Part shown: in pieces, positions 25,145-38,480 of the stretch
How positions within the stretch are numbered: position 1 is the first letter of the stretch
How the letters are laid out: every line of letters starts with the position of its first letter
DNA from: Bugula neritina
Taxonomy: Eukaryota; Animalia; Bryozoa
Assembly (NCBI GenBank): GCA_964035545.1
Contig: OZ037772.1
Location: 3,129,538 to 3,193,537, forward strand
Reading direction: 5' to 3'
Length of the DNA stretch: 64,000 bases
Notes under the pieces: generated by a model
Databases searched by the model: none
What the model saw: only the letters and a program-made list of their open reading frames with translations
What the model was told of the DNA's origin: nothing
Translations under genes and position numbers: made by a program

Positions 25145-28100
25145 ATGGCAGAATCCAGAGTTGTGAAAAAGAGACTCAACAATTCGTATCGCTGTGGGTA
25201 CTGCTCGCAGTACTTCAACAAACTTGAAGATCCCAGAACTCTGCCCTGTCTGCATGTGTACTGCATGAGATGTTTGAAGACTGACATAGGTGGTAGGAAG
25301 GATCATATCAGATGTGCTTATTGTAGGTGAGTTACAGTACATAACACAATATATCATGTCATAGGCTTGCGTATGATTTTCTCACTATCATCTAGGAGTT
25401 GTCTGATCTGTGTCTATGAAAAGCAAACAATACTGTATATTCTATGTGAACTCTGGTTACTAACTTGTGGAGTGTGTGGATATCTTTGCATTAGGTAGAA
25501 AAAGTAACTGTTATGTAGATTACATCATCAGCTGTCCTCTCTTGTTGAATTGTGGTGCTGTTAGACGTCATGGGATTGGGGTTGTCTCCTCATTATATTA
25601 CTTTGTTCTCATACAGTACAAGACTTGTTAGAGCAGTTATTCCCAACCTTTTCCATACCATTCCCACTTTCATACATGTTTACTATTAAGTCCCCTCCCT
25701 TTCGACAATCGGAAATTTTTTATGACTGTCATAATGATAATATAGATAACAATGCAACATTCTTCTCTTACATTTGAATATAATATAATTATTTCTGATA
25801 ATTATATTATTATGCATGTATAAAACACAGAGCAGTTCAATTATTAATATTATGGCTGCAGCTGATGACATTGTGTCAGCTTGCTTTCAAACCTCCCACC
25901 CCAACCCCTAAACCCCAACCCCAATATTGAAAATGTAATTAAAAACACATTCATGTAGAAGTAGACTGAGATTGCAGAATTGGTTAAATAGATGAGCTAA
26001 GATGAAGGCTTATAGATATACAGGTACATGTAACTTGCAAGGGCTCAAAGTCTTCAACAAACTGCTTGAAATTTCTGAAATCAAAATCCAGGCTTCCCCT
26101 AAAAAGCCCAAATTCCCTCTTATAGGGGGATTCTCCCAGGTTGGGAACTACTGTGTTGAATTGACTTGTGTTTACTATCTCCTTTCCTGTGATTATAAAC
26201 ATGTATGATGTTGTCATGACAACACAGTTGCTGTGGCACAAAGTACAGTTTACTAGTATGTAGTGATTGTGTAGTGAGAGTGGAGTGTCTGGTTATTGTC
26301 CATGCTTATGTGTGATCTGTAAGGAGTAGAATTATATTATTTTAATATAATGTTTAGAAAGGTACTTTTATAATGGCAGTTTGCTCAATAGCTTTAGTTC
26401 TAATGCGATAGACTCATAGCTCTGGAGTCTAGCAGCTGCTACTATTACCACTAGCTGTTCAAAATTCTGCCAACATCCGGGCTGCCAAAGTGTAATAGCC
26501 ATTGACAAGGCCAAGCAGTCACTGGGAAATTATTTGACTAAAGAGCAGGTCTTATGACAATTAGTAGTCAGTCCCTTAGACAGGAATCAGTGATTCTGTG
26601 ACCTATTAAGTTAAATCCAGAGCTGAACTTTTGATTGATTATTAGATAGCCTTCACAATTGTATTTGGTACAATATAATATTATGGGGTGTCAATGAGTG
26701 TCTAATATAATAGTGTCTACTTTAGCTTTGATGAGTTGATTACTTCTTCTACTATCAGTCAGTTGTATAATTAAGTGTTACTTTGTACTGAGTCATGAAT
26801 AGTGTTGAAGATTTGGGCCTCTATTATGCCAACCCCCCCCCCCTCTGACTTAGACTGTGACCCAACCTGCTGCACATACATAGTAGTACTACACTGAAGA
26901 TAGTTAACATGTGTATGTGTCATCTTACTAGTAATGGATTACTAAGTACAAGTTATCCTGTGACTCACTCTTCTTATGCTAGCTGCATGAGATAGGCAAC
27001 TCACAGTGACACTGCACTCACAGTGCACTAGCTCTTGACACATTGCCAAGGATGATGAAATGGCAGTTTCGCGCCACTCCTAGCAGTTAGAGTGGCAGGG
27101 AATAGTTGTAGTATGTTGTAGTATTGGCTCCTCAGAATTCACTCCTCAGTAATTAGTTGCATTGCACAAACTTGCAACAAAAGTGAATAATTATTGACAA
27201 TATGGCCTCCACTCAGTAGTTAACTAGTAATTTATCTATCATTTTACTCTACAAGTTACAGTTGAGTCTATTTGTTGAGTAGCAGTTCTTTGTCATGAGT
27301 GACTATTTTCCAGCATATTAGTACATAATATAGTCAAGTGTGTTTGTGTGATAGCCTGTGGTCTATATAATGAATGTGTGTTGATGAGTGATGAGTATTT
27401 ATTTGAGTATTTGTCAAGGACATAGCTGTGTGTGTGGATGGAGTATTTCATTACTTGAGATATACTAAACACAGCTAACACAGGTAACATACTGATTGCT
27501 ATATATTGTAGGAAAGATCACTATGATATCACAGATCCCACAACACTACCAGTAGCTCAGCATGGAGACCCCTTAGAATACAAGTCTCCACCCAAACCTG
27601 CACCCATTCCCTGCGATGTGTGTAAAGGTGGAACACAAGCTGCTGTGTTTTGTCTTGAGAGTCAAAAGAAATTGTGTCAGCAGCATCAAGAAGTGAGTCT
27701 TTCTTATATAATTTCTCAAGATTAGTTACTAAACCAGTTCTGGTTTGTGTGTAGAAAATTATTGAAAAGAAATGTTGAGTCTGTGTGACTTTTTATACTA
27801 AACACACAGTTTCACAGTGCAGTGAGTCAACTATGACAGACTTGTTGGTGAAAATACAACCAACTAAACTGTTGACCTTTATTATACAGAATCACAGAGA
27901 GCTGATGGGAGATAGACATCAGTTTATTGACATTGAGGTCTACAGAGCTTCTCCCCAAAGATATACTATCACTGAATGTGAACATCATAAAGAGGAACAG
28001 CTGACAGAAGTGTGTTCCAAGTGTCACCAGATATTCTGTATGAGATGTGATATGAGGACTGGCTGTAAGGATAAGACAGGTATTTACTTGCTGTTTCTAT

Positions 28101-31100
28101 TTCTGTAGAGAGAAACTGAGAAATATTACAAGAACCTGTTATTTATTATTTTATTACTAAAGTGAGTTATGTAACAGTAAAAGAGGAAGTAAGTTTGCCA
28201 GCATTAAGGTTTGTGTGAGACAGAAGTGGATAGTGCAGGAGTTTATATTCTCACTGTTATGTTGAATATTTAGTATATTTCATCCTTCAAGTGTCTGTTT
28301 CCTTGAAAAGATGGTATAGGCATAGCTTTAACTCAGTGGTGTCCCACCTTCTTCATACCATCCTCCTTTTTATGATTATTTTCTATTAAGTTTTCCGCCT
28401 TTTTGATAAAATTGTAATTTCATTTATAAAGAAAATCTGGGACAGGTTGTTTTCCTAATAACTCATTGAGTGTAGAAAAAAGCACTTTGTGTTTGACATG
28501 AATTAGTGTCTGCCACAGCTTCAGTTCAGCTTTGAAAGCATTGATGCTGGTATTAAAAGCAGTGAGTTGATGATTATACTCATTCATTTTAGGTTCAAAG
28601 TTTTTAGTACAGCAAATATAACTACTAGGTATGCAGTAAATAGTTTATGGAGATCAGTTTGACTGGCTGCAAAAACTTCCTGTTGGTTTTTACTTTCAAT
28701 AAACCTTTTAGCCTCCATTTGTAGTAGGAGGGGTAGCAGCTAGAGTAGAGTGAATATTAGACACATGGATGTAGAAGTAAACTTAGATTGTAGAGTGTAA
28801 TGTGGATAAATAAATGAACTACATAAAACGAAGGAGTTATAATTGTACATATTCATGTAACCTGGAACACAAGGCAAGAGCTCAAAAAGCTGATAACAAA
28901 CTCTGTGAAATTTTAGAAATGAAAACCCCTAAAAACTCAAATTTCCTGTGAAGGGGAAATTCCCCCAAGGTTGAGAGCAACTGCTTTAATTTTTTCAACT
29001 ATTTCATTCCAAGTGCAGTGATTAATGAGCTAACCTCTGACATCTTTCTAGTCCAACCAACTGTCTAGTTATTACATAGTATGTGTATAGTGATACATCA
29101 TCAACCTGTAGGTACAGGTAGTAGGTGTAGAATAAGTACAATGTCATATCTATAACAATGTTTTTATAAATAGTGTGATTTTATGTATACAGAGGAGACA
29201 GTAGCATCCCATGACTTGGCATCTTTGAGTGATTTGTCTTGTGAATTACGAGAAAGTCTGACTGGTGGAATAGAGACTCTGTCTGAGAAAGTTGCAGAGT
29301 TGAATGACATCTCAAAGGATGCCTGGAAAGAACTGAGTAAAATAGAAGATGAAGTGAAGAAGATGGTTGCCAGAGTAAACGCTGTAGCTGACGCTCAGGT
29401 ATGCTGACATGGTGATATCATCTAATGTATTTCTGTTTGTCTGAAATTAGGTTTTGCATTTGGTCTTTGAGTTGTAATCAGAAATGAATTTTATTTGCCA
29501 TTAAAGTATTATCATTCTGTGAACAAGTAGCAGTAGTCATTCATCACATGTTACTCAGTGCAGAGGAACCTGTCAATACAGATGACTCACTCATCCTTCT
29601 GCAACTGTAAATCACTCACACAGAGAGGTTGGCTAGGCGAGTGATTGACAGGTGTCAGAGGGAGACTAGTCACGTGATGTACTAGCTCTCTGCTCTGTAT
29701 AGAGTGTCACGTGACTGAGTCATTGTCCACTCAGTGGGTGATCTGTTATTTTCATTTCAAGTGTAGAGGTTGTGAGGTGCAGATGTGGTCACACTGTGTT
29801 ACTATTTATTAGATAGAAGAGATTAGAAAGAAAGCTACAAACCTGAGGCTAGAAATATATGGATATTTGAAGAGCTGCACACAGATAGTGGATAATTATA
29901 GAATAGAGCTGGCCTTGAGTAAGACAATGGGCAGACAGTCTCTGCTGGACACAGTACAACATGCAGTTGATAAGTTCAATGATGCAGGGATTGTGAGAGA
30001 CTACAAAGAGATGAGTGAGAAGATGGAAAAGGCTACAGATATTGGTGTAATAGAGAAGTGTGTACTTCCAGACAGCATCTTGGTACCAACATGTAGGTGG
30101 AGTCTATAAATAGTAACACTAACTATAAATAACTTTCTGCTTGTAATTAGTTGAGTTGTTTTCACTGAGTATTTAATAGTATTTAAACATCTTTTAGTTT
30201 TAAGTTTGAAAAGCTGTTCCCACCTCCTCAGGTGATGAGATTCTCAAGTTATAGAATTGTTATTTTGTTGTTGCAGACAGTGAAGACAGTCTGGGACTGA
30301 AGCTGCTGCAGCCACCATCTTCTCTACAGTCTGATGGACTTCCTGTACGTGACTGGTGTGACACAGTAAACATCTCAGCTGATGGACATCTGATGTGTGG
30401 GACACTAGAAGGTGTAGAAGTAATAAATAGAGAGACTCTGGGTACTATCAGCTCAGTGAAACACACCAACACTACACGGTGGTGGGAGATAATCCAACCT
30501 GAAGGGGTGATGGTTGGCAGCTCGTATAACGAAGAGGAGGAAACAGCTGAAGTCTCACTTCTTGATCCGAACTCCTTTGAGAAGACTCGCTCTCTCTACA
30601 AGCAGCCAGTAGATGTACTCACTTACTATAGAATAGCTCAGCACGACTCACTGCTCTGTATTGTAGACTGGAGAGAGAAACAGCTGGTAGTCTGCAACCT
30701 AGTAGACAATAAAATACAGAAGTTCCCACTTCCTGAGATGGAGATCCCTCACCCTGTATGCATCCTCCCAGACTCAACTCTCCTCATAGGAGACTGCACT
30801 GCAGATGGTGCAGTGAAAAGATATAAAGTGGAGAACACAACTCTCACTCTAATGTGGGAATTCCCTCACATCTCACATCCAACTGGTATTTCCTTTGATC
30901 CAACATCTGAACTGATTCACATCTGTACACTGTATGGACCTCTCCTCATCCTCTCACTTGAAGGTAAATACTCTGTTTATTATAGTAAGTTTATTTATTT
31001 TATATATAATTATAATAAACTCTCTATTCAGTCTTCCTTTCCAAGGGTTCACCTGGTAGAGTAGAGGATAGGGACTCCACACTGCTGAGTGAGTTGGTGC

Positions 31101-31779
31101 TGCAAGGGGTTCAAACCCACCTATCAGCATGTCTAGTTAGTATACTATGCAAGTGTTTTACAGTAATTTTAGAGGTGCTCAGTCTAACAACTGTACAGAC
31201 TGCCAGCTACACATGAGTTATGAGTTGTAGTTTGACTTCAGTCTAGTGCTGCTGTTGTTTTGGTCATCAGATAATTTAAATATGAATTATTTGATACTTT
31301 TTGACTGCCATTACTGAGACTATGTAATTTGATGATGGCTGGTAGAGCAGTGTTTGCTGGTGGGACTCAGGTGGCTGTGGTTGGTTCTTGTTAAGTATTT
31401 TATATGTGATAATGTTGGAGTAGCTGCAGTGGTATTAGAAGTACACACGTGGGTGTGTTCTTGTTAAGAGCCACAGGCTAAGTTTGTGAGTCAAGGTCAA
31501 TATTGTTGTATAATGAGACACTATTTTCTGCTCTATTTGAGTATTTACTTCATGCATGTAACCTGCTTAGTTGCATCTTTAAAGGCAGTCTGTCTGTTTC
31601 TCTCAATACACACTAACTGATACAATATGATGCTATTATTTACAGGTCAACTGGTGCTTACTGTTCCCAGAGAAAGTCTTGGTGTGAGTGACTGGGTGTG
31701 GGACATTGCTGTGTGTAACAGAGACACAGTGTTTCTAGCATGTAGAGATGGTTTGAGGAGATACACAATAAAATACTAA
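25145..31779 (+). CDS. TRIM/RBCC-type E3 ligase (RING, two B-boxes, coiled coil, C-terminal NHL-like beta-propeller), ~619 aa; exons 25145-25326, 27512-27692, 27890-28079, 29193-29398, 29813-30092, 30277-30963, 31646-31779
   Basis: RING CGYC..LPCLHVYCMRC..IRCAYCR; B-box CDVC..AAVFCLESQKKLCQQH; B-box CEHHKEEQL..VCSKCHQIFCMRC; propeller-like PHPVCILPDSTLLIGD and PTGISFDP; all GT-AG junctions phase-compatible, total 1860 nt, no stops. Confidence 0.88.
25634..26153 (+). mobile_element. hAT-like MITE in TRIM intron
   Basis: TIRs CAGTTATTCCCAACC / GGTTGGGAACTACTG; internal similarity to 28334-28983. Confidence 0.7.
28334..28983 (+). mobile_element. hAT-like MITE in TRIM intron
   Basis: TIRs CAGTGGTGTCCCACC / GGTTGAGAGCAACTG; 8-bp TSD ctttaact / ctttaatt. 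Confidence 0.7.
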
Positions 31780-31959
31780 ACTTATCAGCTACAGTCTACT
31801 AATAATCAGCTCAGTCAGTGAGGTCCTGAGAGATGAATTGGATAATATTTGTCATCAACATAATTATTTCATCACAATTCATCAATACACACACTCTGTA
31901 TTTATAGTTAGATATGAGATGTTTTACTGTATCAAATATGTGTTGTTATTTTACCATCT

Positions 31960-31965
31960 AATAAA
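31960..31965 (+). terminator. Putative polyadenylation signal of the TRIM gene
   Basis: AATAAA ~180 nt after the stop codon. Confidence 0.5.
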
Positions 31966-33349
31966 GTTTTATTTGTTAGTGAAAATATAGTCTGTTTTCA
32001 TGCCTCATTAGCTTTAGTTCAAGTTGAGTTCACTTACTAAAAAATAATCTTTACTGGAGCAGTAACTGTAAATGACTTGTCTGCGGGAGAATTTATTCAC
32101 TGAATTGACATGCAGGTGCAAGTAACTCCAACATGACTAAGTAAATTTATTCCAACCATTCACAATGTTATACATTCCATTGCTGTGCAAACAATAGCAT
32201 TGAGTAGCCAATCAAATTGTTTCCTGTCATGCATTCAGGAATCTGATAAATAATATATAAGGCAATCAACTAGATATAAACACTGTATTACTCTACACAT
32301 GAGCTGTCTGTGATGTAGCTGCTTTGTGAAATGTGTGTAATTTGATGAGTTTAGTTCAATTGGTTGCAGTTTAATTATGACATGTTCACCATTATGTAAT
32401 ATTAGAGGACAACTCCTATCCAGTGTGCAGTGGTAGTATACTATTAGTCAAAGGAAGTGCTCAGTATAATATAAATAGCTGACCACTCCTACACCAACAC
32501 TCCTGAACACCAGGTAGACGACAAGAACTCTTGAACACCACTCAGGTTGAGGGACTCCACCCACCCAGGCACCCCTGAACACCATCCAAGGCAGACGTGT
32601 TCTGGATCACAGTCTTAACTCCTCACAGACTAAGACAGGAGCTGGAGTCATCCCCACAGCCAAGCAACCCATGCCAATATACCAACCCTAGCTGACCTGA
32701 ATACTACAACTTATATATTATAGTATTCGGAATAACTCCAAAATAGCATATTTCTGTTAAAATAACATTAATAATAAACAGATAAATTATATATTTACTG
32801 ATTCAATCACTATTTGAGTTTTCAAATTGAAATTCAATAAGAGACATCAGCAAGTAATAATCATATGTTATGTAATAATACATGCAACAAAAAGGCATCA
32901 CTCTAAAATTTTACAAAATGTATTAGCAGTTATCTATACTGAGATTATAATGTAATAATAATGTTGTATAAAGTACTAAACTATCAACCCCCCTCTCATA
33001 TTATTATTTAACCTTTGACCTACAAACAATGATTTCTTGTTGCTATACTGTCTTTTTTTTAGTTGGCTCATAGAAACAGTTCCAATCTAACAATGTAGTG
33101 TTGATACAAATCAGAGTATATAAGCTCAACAATAAAACATAAGAAATAAATATCCTCAATATCTTAAGGAATATTCCAGAGAACACTGCAGGCTAAGCTA
33201 AGATATTTTACAATTACATGCAGTTGACATATCTACATGAATTGTGGACCATTTTGGTGCTTCTGTGTGCACAGACAAGTTGTAATGACTCTAACAGAAA
33301 CTTTCTCAGTAGGTTTCAGTTCATCTTGAATATAGTACAGCTTGTTGTC

Positions 33350-33610
33350 ATTTGGCCTCAATATTATTGATGATACACTACCTTGTTTGGCCTCAATAGT
33401 ATTGATGATACACTACCTTGTTTGGCCTCAATAGTATTAATGGTACACTACCTTGTTTGGCCTCAATATTATTATTGATGATACACTACCTTGTTTGGCC
33501 TCAATAGTATTGATGGTACACTACCTTGTTTGGCCTCAATAGTATTGATGGTACACTACCTAGTTTGGCCTCAACAGTATTAATGGTACACTACATTGTT
33601 TGGCCTCATT
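33350..33610. repeat. 35-bp minisatellite (ttgtttggcctcaatagtattgatggtacactacc), ~7 copies
   Basis: Direct reading. Confidence 0.9.
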
Positions 33611-34420
33611 AGTCTCGCTAATATAAAATTAAGAGCACAACTTGCAAGATTTAACTAATTTAACTTGGTTCATATTATGATGTTAATATGTTGACATTTA
33701 TAACCTCTGATATATTTCTATGTTTATAACCTATCAATATGCTCTGATCTACAGTCTTTATTGCCATTCAAGGTGTTGCTCACTGCTGGTCAACCCCATT
33801 AACCCCCAACTTACTGTCTACATAGAAAACTGTCTACTCTCCCTCCATGGTACATAGCTCATACAATGTGTATAATTATTTGCTTTTGCACATTCATTAC
33901 ATAAAATACCAGCCATTGTGCTAAAAGTAGAGTTTTGTTGTAGTCTCACATATTGGAACATGGCCTTAAGATTAGTAGTTTCTGAGGCTTTTATTAAGCT
34001 AATGCAGGAGAAAATTGCTAAGAATTTACTGCAGTGAATCTTTGTATAAACATTACTTATGAAATGCATATCTGTGGAATATTTGATCTACTCTGTATCA
34101 TGTAAACTAACTTACACACAAGTTATATACAGCTACTACTTGATAAGGAAGAAATAGACTTACACTAACAGAGTTATTGACATGAAAAAGTAAATAATAT
34201 TTAAATTGTGATGACTAAGTAAGTGGATGAGTCATAAAACCAGTCAAAAAATAATTTCTACAAACAAACTTTATTGAGTAAATGTGACTACAGAGTCTTG
34301 ACAACATAGCAGAGTGAATATGTTACATAATCATTACTAATCAACATCAAATACTGCATATAAGCAGTGCAAGTCCTGTGGAATATATAATATTATACTG
34401 TGAGTAGAACACAATAATAT

Positions 34421-37250
34421 GGCAACATACTGAAATATACTGCGACACATTGAAATATACTGCAACATACTGAAATACACTCTGACATACTGAAATAGAC
34501 TGCAACATACTGCAACATACTGCAACATACTACAACATACTGCAACATACTTCAATATACTGCGACACCTTGAAGTATACTGTAATATACAGAATTGTAC
34601 TGTAAAATACTGAAACATACGACAACATTATGAAATATACTGCAAGATATTGAATTACACTGTAACATACTGAAATATACTGCAACATACTGAAAGATAC
34701 TTCAACATACTGAAAGATACTTAAAGATATTGAAACATACTGAAATGCACTGTAGGATATTGAAATGCACTGCAACACATTGAAATATACTGCAACACAA
34801 TGAAACATACAGCAACATACTGAAATATACTGCGACACATTGAAATATACTGCAACATACTGAAATATACTGCAAGATACTGCAACATACTGAAAAACAC
34901 TGCAACATACTGCAATATACTGCAACATACTGCAACATATTGAAATACACTGTCACATATTGAAATACACTGCAACACATTGAAATATACTGCAACACAC
35001 GGAAACATACGGCAACATACTGAAATATACTGCGACACACTGAAGTATACTGTAATATACAGAAATGTACTGTAAAGTACTGAAACATACGGCAACATAC
35101 TGAAATATACTGCGACACATTGAAATATACTGCAACATACTGAAATATACTGCAAGATACTGCAACATACTGAAATACACTGTGACATACTGAAAAACAC
35201 TGCAACATACTGCAATATACTGCAACATACTGCAACATACTGCAACATATTGAAATAAACTGTAACATATTGAAATACACTGCAACACATTGAAATATAC
35301 TGCAACACACGCAAACATACGGCAACATACTGAAATATACTGCAACATACTGAATTACACTGCAACATACTGAAGTATACTTCAACATTCTGAAATATAC
35401 CTAAAAATATTGAAACATACTGAAATACACTGTAGGATATTGAAATACACCGCAACACATTAGAATATACTGCCACATACCTAATTATATGGTAACCTAG
35501 TGAAATATGTTGCAAACTACTGAAATATACTGCGACACCTTGAAATACACTGCAATATACTGAAATATACTGCAAGATACTGCAACATACTGAAATACAC
35601 TGCGACATACTGAAATACACTGCAACATACTGCAACATACTGAAATACACTGCAACACATTGAAATGTACTGCAACACACTGAAGTATACTGTAATATAC
35701 AGAAATGTACTGTAACATACTGAAACATATGACAACATACTGAATTGTACTGCAACATACTGAATTACACTGTAACATATTGAAATACACTGCAACACAT
35801 TGAAATACACTGCAACATACTGAAATATATGGTAAACTACTGAAATATAGTGTAACAAATTGAAACATACCGCAACATACTGAAATACACTGCAACACAC
35901 TAAAGTATACTGTAATATACAGAAATGTTCTGTAAAATACTGAAACATACGACAATCTACTAAAATACACTGCAACATATTGAAATACATTGCAACATAC
36001 TGAAATAGACTTAAACCTTCTGAAATAAACCCAAAAATATTGAAACATACTGAAATACACTGTAGGATATTGAAATACACCACAACATATTGGAATACAC
36101 TGCAACATACCGAAATATATGGTAACCTACTGAAATATGTTGCAAACTACTGAAATACACTGCAACATACTGCAATATACTGAAATATGCTGTAGCATAT
36201 TGAAGTATACTGTAATATTATACAGAAATGTACTGTAACATACTGAAACATACGTCATTATACTGAAATGTACAGCAAGATACTGAAATGTAATGCAACA
36301 TACTGAAATATACCGCAACATACTGCAACATACTGAAATACACTGTAACATAATGAAGTGCACTGCAACACACTGAAACATACGGCAACATACCGAAACA
36401 TACTGTGACATACTGAAACATACTGCAAGATACTGCAACATACCGAAATGCGCTGTGACATACCGAAATGCACTGCAACATACTGCAACATACTGCAACA
36501 TACTGAAATACACTGTAACATATTGAACTACACTGCAACATACTGCAACATAGTGAAATACACTGAAACATATTAAAATACACTGCAACACATTGAAATA
36601 TACTGCAACACACTGCAACATACGGCAACATACTTAAGTATACTGCGACACATTGAAATATACTGCAATATACTGAAATATACTGTAACATACTGCAAGA
36701 TACTGCAACATACTGAAATACACTGTGACATACTGAGATACACTGCAACATACTGCAACATACTGAAATACATTGTAACATATTGAAATACACTGCAACA
36801 CATTGAAATATCCTGCAACACACTGAAACATACGGCAACATACTGAAATATACTGCGACACATTGAAATATACTGCAACATACTGAAATACACTGCAACA
36901 TACTAAAATAGACTGCAACATACTGCAACATACTGCAACATATTGAAATACACTGTAACATATTGAAATACACTGCAACACATTGAAATATCCTGCAACA
37001 CACTGAAACATACGGCAACATACTGAAATACACTGCAACGCATTGGAATATACTGCAACATACTGAAACACACTGCAACATACTGCAACATACTGCGACA
37101 CATAGAAATATACTGCAATATACTGCAACATACTGAAATACACTGTGACATACTGAAATACACTGCAACATACTGCAACATACTGAAATACACTGTAACT
37201 TATTGAAATGCACTGCAACACATTAAAATATACTGCAACACGCTGAAACA
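34421..37250. repeat. 2.8-kb satellite of variant 10-mers (tgcaacatac / tgaaatatac / tgaaatacac)
   Basis: Strict 10-bp register visible in the blocks; source of many spurious Cys/Val/Tyr ORFs. Confidence 0.97.
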
Positions 37251-37284
37251 TAATTATATTATATTTAACATGTACTATTGATGA

Positions 37285-37904
37285 CCTCACTGAGCTGATT
37301 ATTAGTAAACTGTAGGTGATAAGTTTAGTATTTTATTGTGTATCTCCTCAGACCATCTTCACATGCTAGAAACACTGTGTCTCTCTTATACACAGCAATG
37401 TCCAACACCAAGTCACTAACACCAAGACTTTCTCTGGGAATCGTTACCATCAGTTCACCTTTAAAAAATATAATGTCAGATTGAATCAGTTTGAGACAAA
37501 CAGACAGACTACAGTGATATCACAACAGCTGACACAACTACATGCAAGTTTTTAGTTTCCAGTATAATATAGTAACTGAAATATATTCGATAATAATACA
37601 ATAAATTTCAAATATATTTCTCACTCAGAAAGACTTCCTTTAAAGATGCAACTAAGCAGATTATATATATAATATAAGTATTACATACATGAAGTAAATA
37701 TTCTAACAGAAAATAGTGTCTCATTATACAACTGTATTGACCTTGACCCACAAACTTAGCCTTTGGGTCTTATATAGAACACACCCACATGTCTACTTCT
37801 AATAATACTGCTACTGCAGCTACTCCAACATTATCACATATTAAATACTTAACAAGAACCAACCACAGTCACCTGAGTTCAACCAGCAAACACGGCTCTA
37901 GCAG
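37285..37904 (-). pseudogene. Inverted paralogous fragment of the TRIM gene: part of last intron, terminal exon (37325-37458) and start of 3' UTR
   Basis: Reverse complement similar to 31339-31825; 134-nt exon GELMVTIPRESLGVSDLVLDIAVYKRDTVFLACEDGLRRYTIKY* with intact AG acceptor. Confidence 0.9.
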
Positions 37905-38155
37905 AGTACCCGGGTAGTAGGCTTGCAGGTCGGAGTGTTATCTGGCCACCCCATAGTCTAGAAAGGAAATATTCCGGAACTAAACCAAGTGTCCAGCACA
38001 TCCTCATCTCTATAACAGGCAGGAAATGGAACAATGTTCAGAGTTCTCTGCCAAACTGAAACTGGGGTTAATTTACTCAAAGGAAATGTCTAGTCCGTGA
38101 AGAAAAGAAAGTAAATTATCAATAAGTAGTTAGAGAAATGTAGCTCGCTGCTTTA

Positions 38156-38480
38156 CATACTCAATATATACTCAATACATACTCAATATATACTCAATAC
38201 ATACTCAATACATACTCAATACATACTCAATATATACTCAATATATACTCAATATCTACTCAATACATACTCAATATATACTCAATATACTCAATATATA
38301 CTCAATATACACTCAATATATGTTCAATACATACTCAATACATACCCAATATATACTCAATATATACTCAATACATACTCAATATATACTCAATATATAC
38401 TCAATATATACTCAATACATACTCAATATATACTCAATATATACTCAATATATACTCAATACATACTCAATATATACGTA
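38156..38480. repeat. 12-bp minisatellite (atatactcaata), ~27 copies
   Basis: Direct reading. Confidence 0.95.

Noticed and set aside
34337-37290. Numerous Cys/Val/Tyr-rich minus-strand ORFs
   Set aside because: Artefacts of the 10-bp satellite
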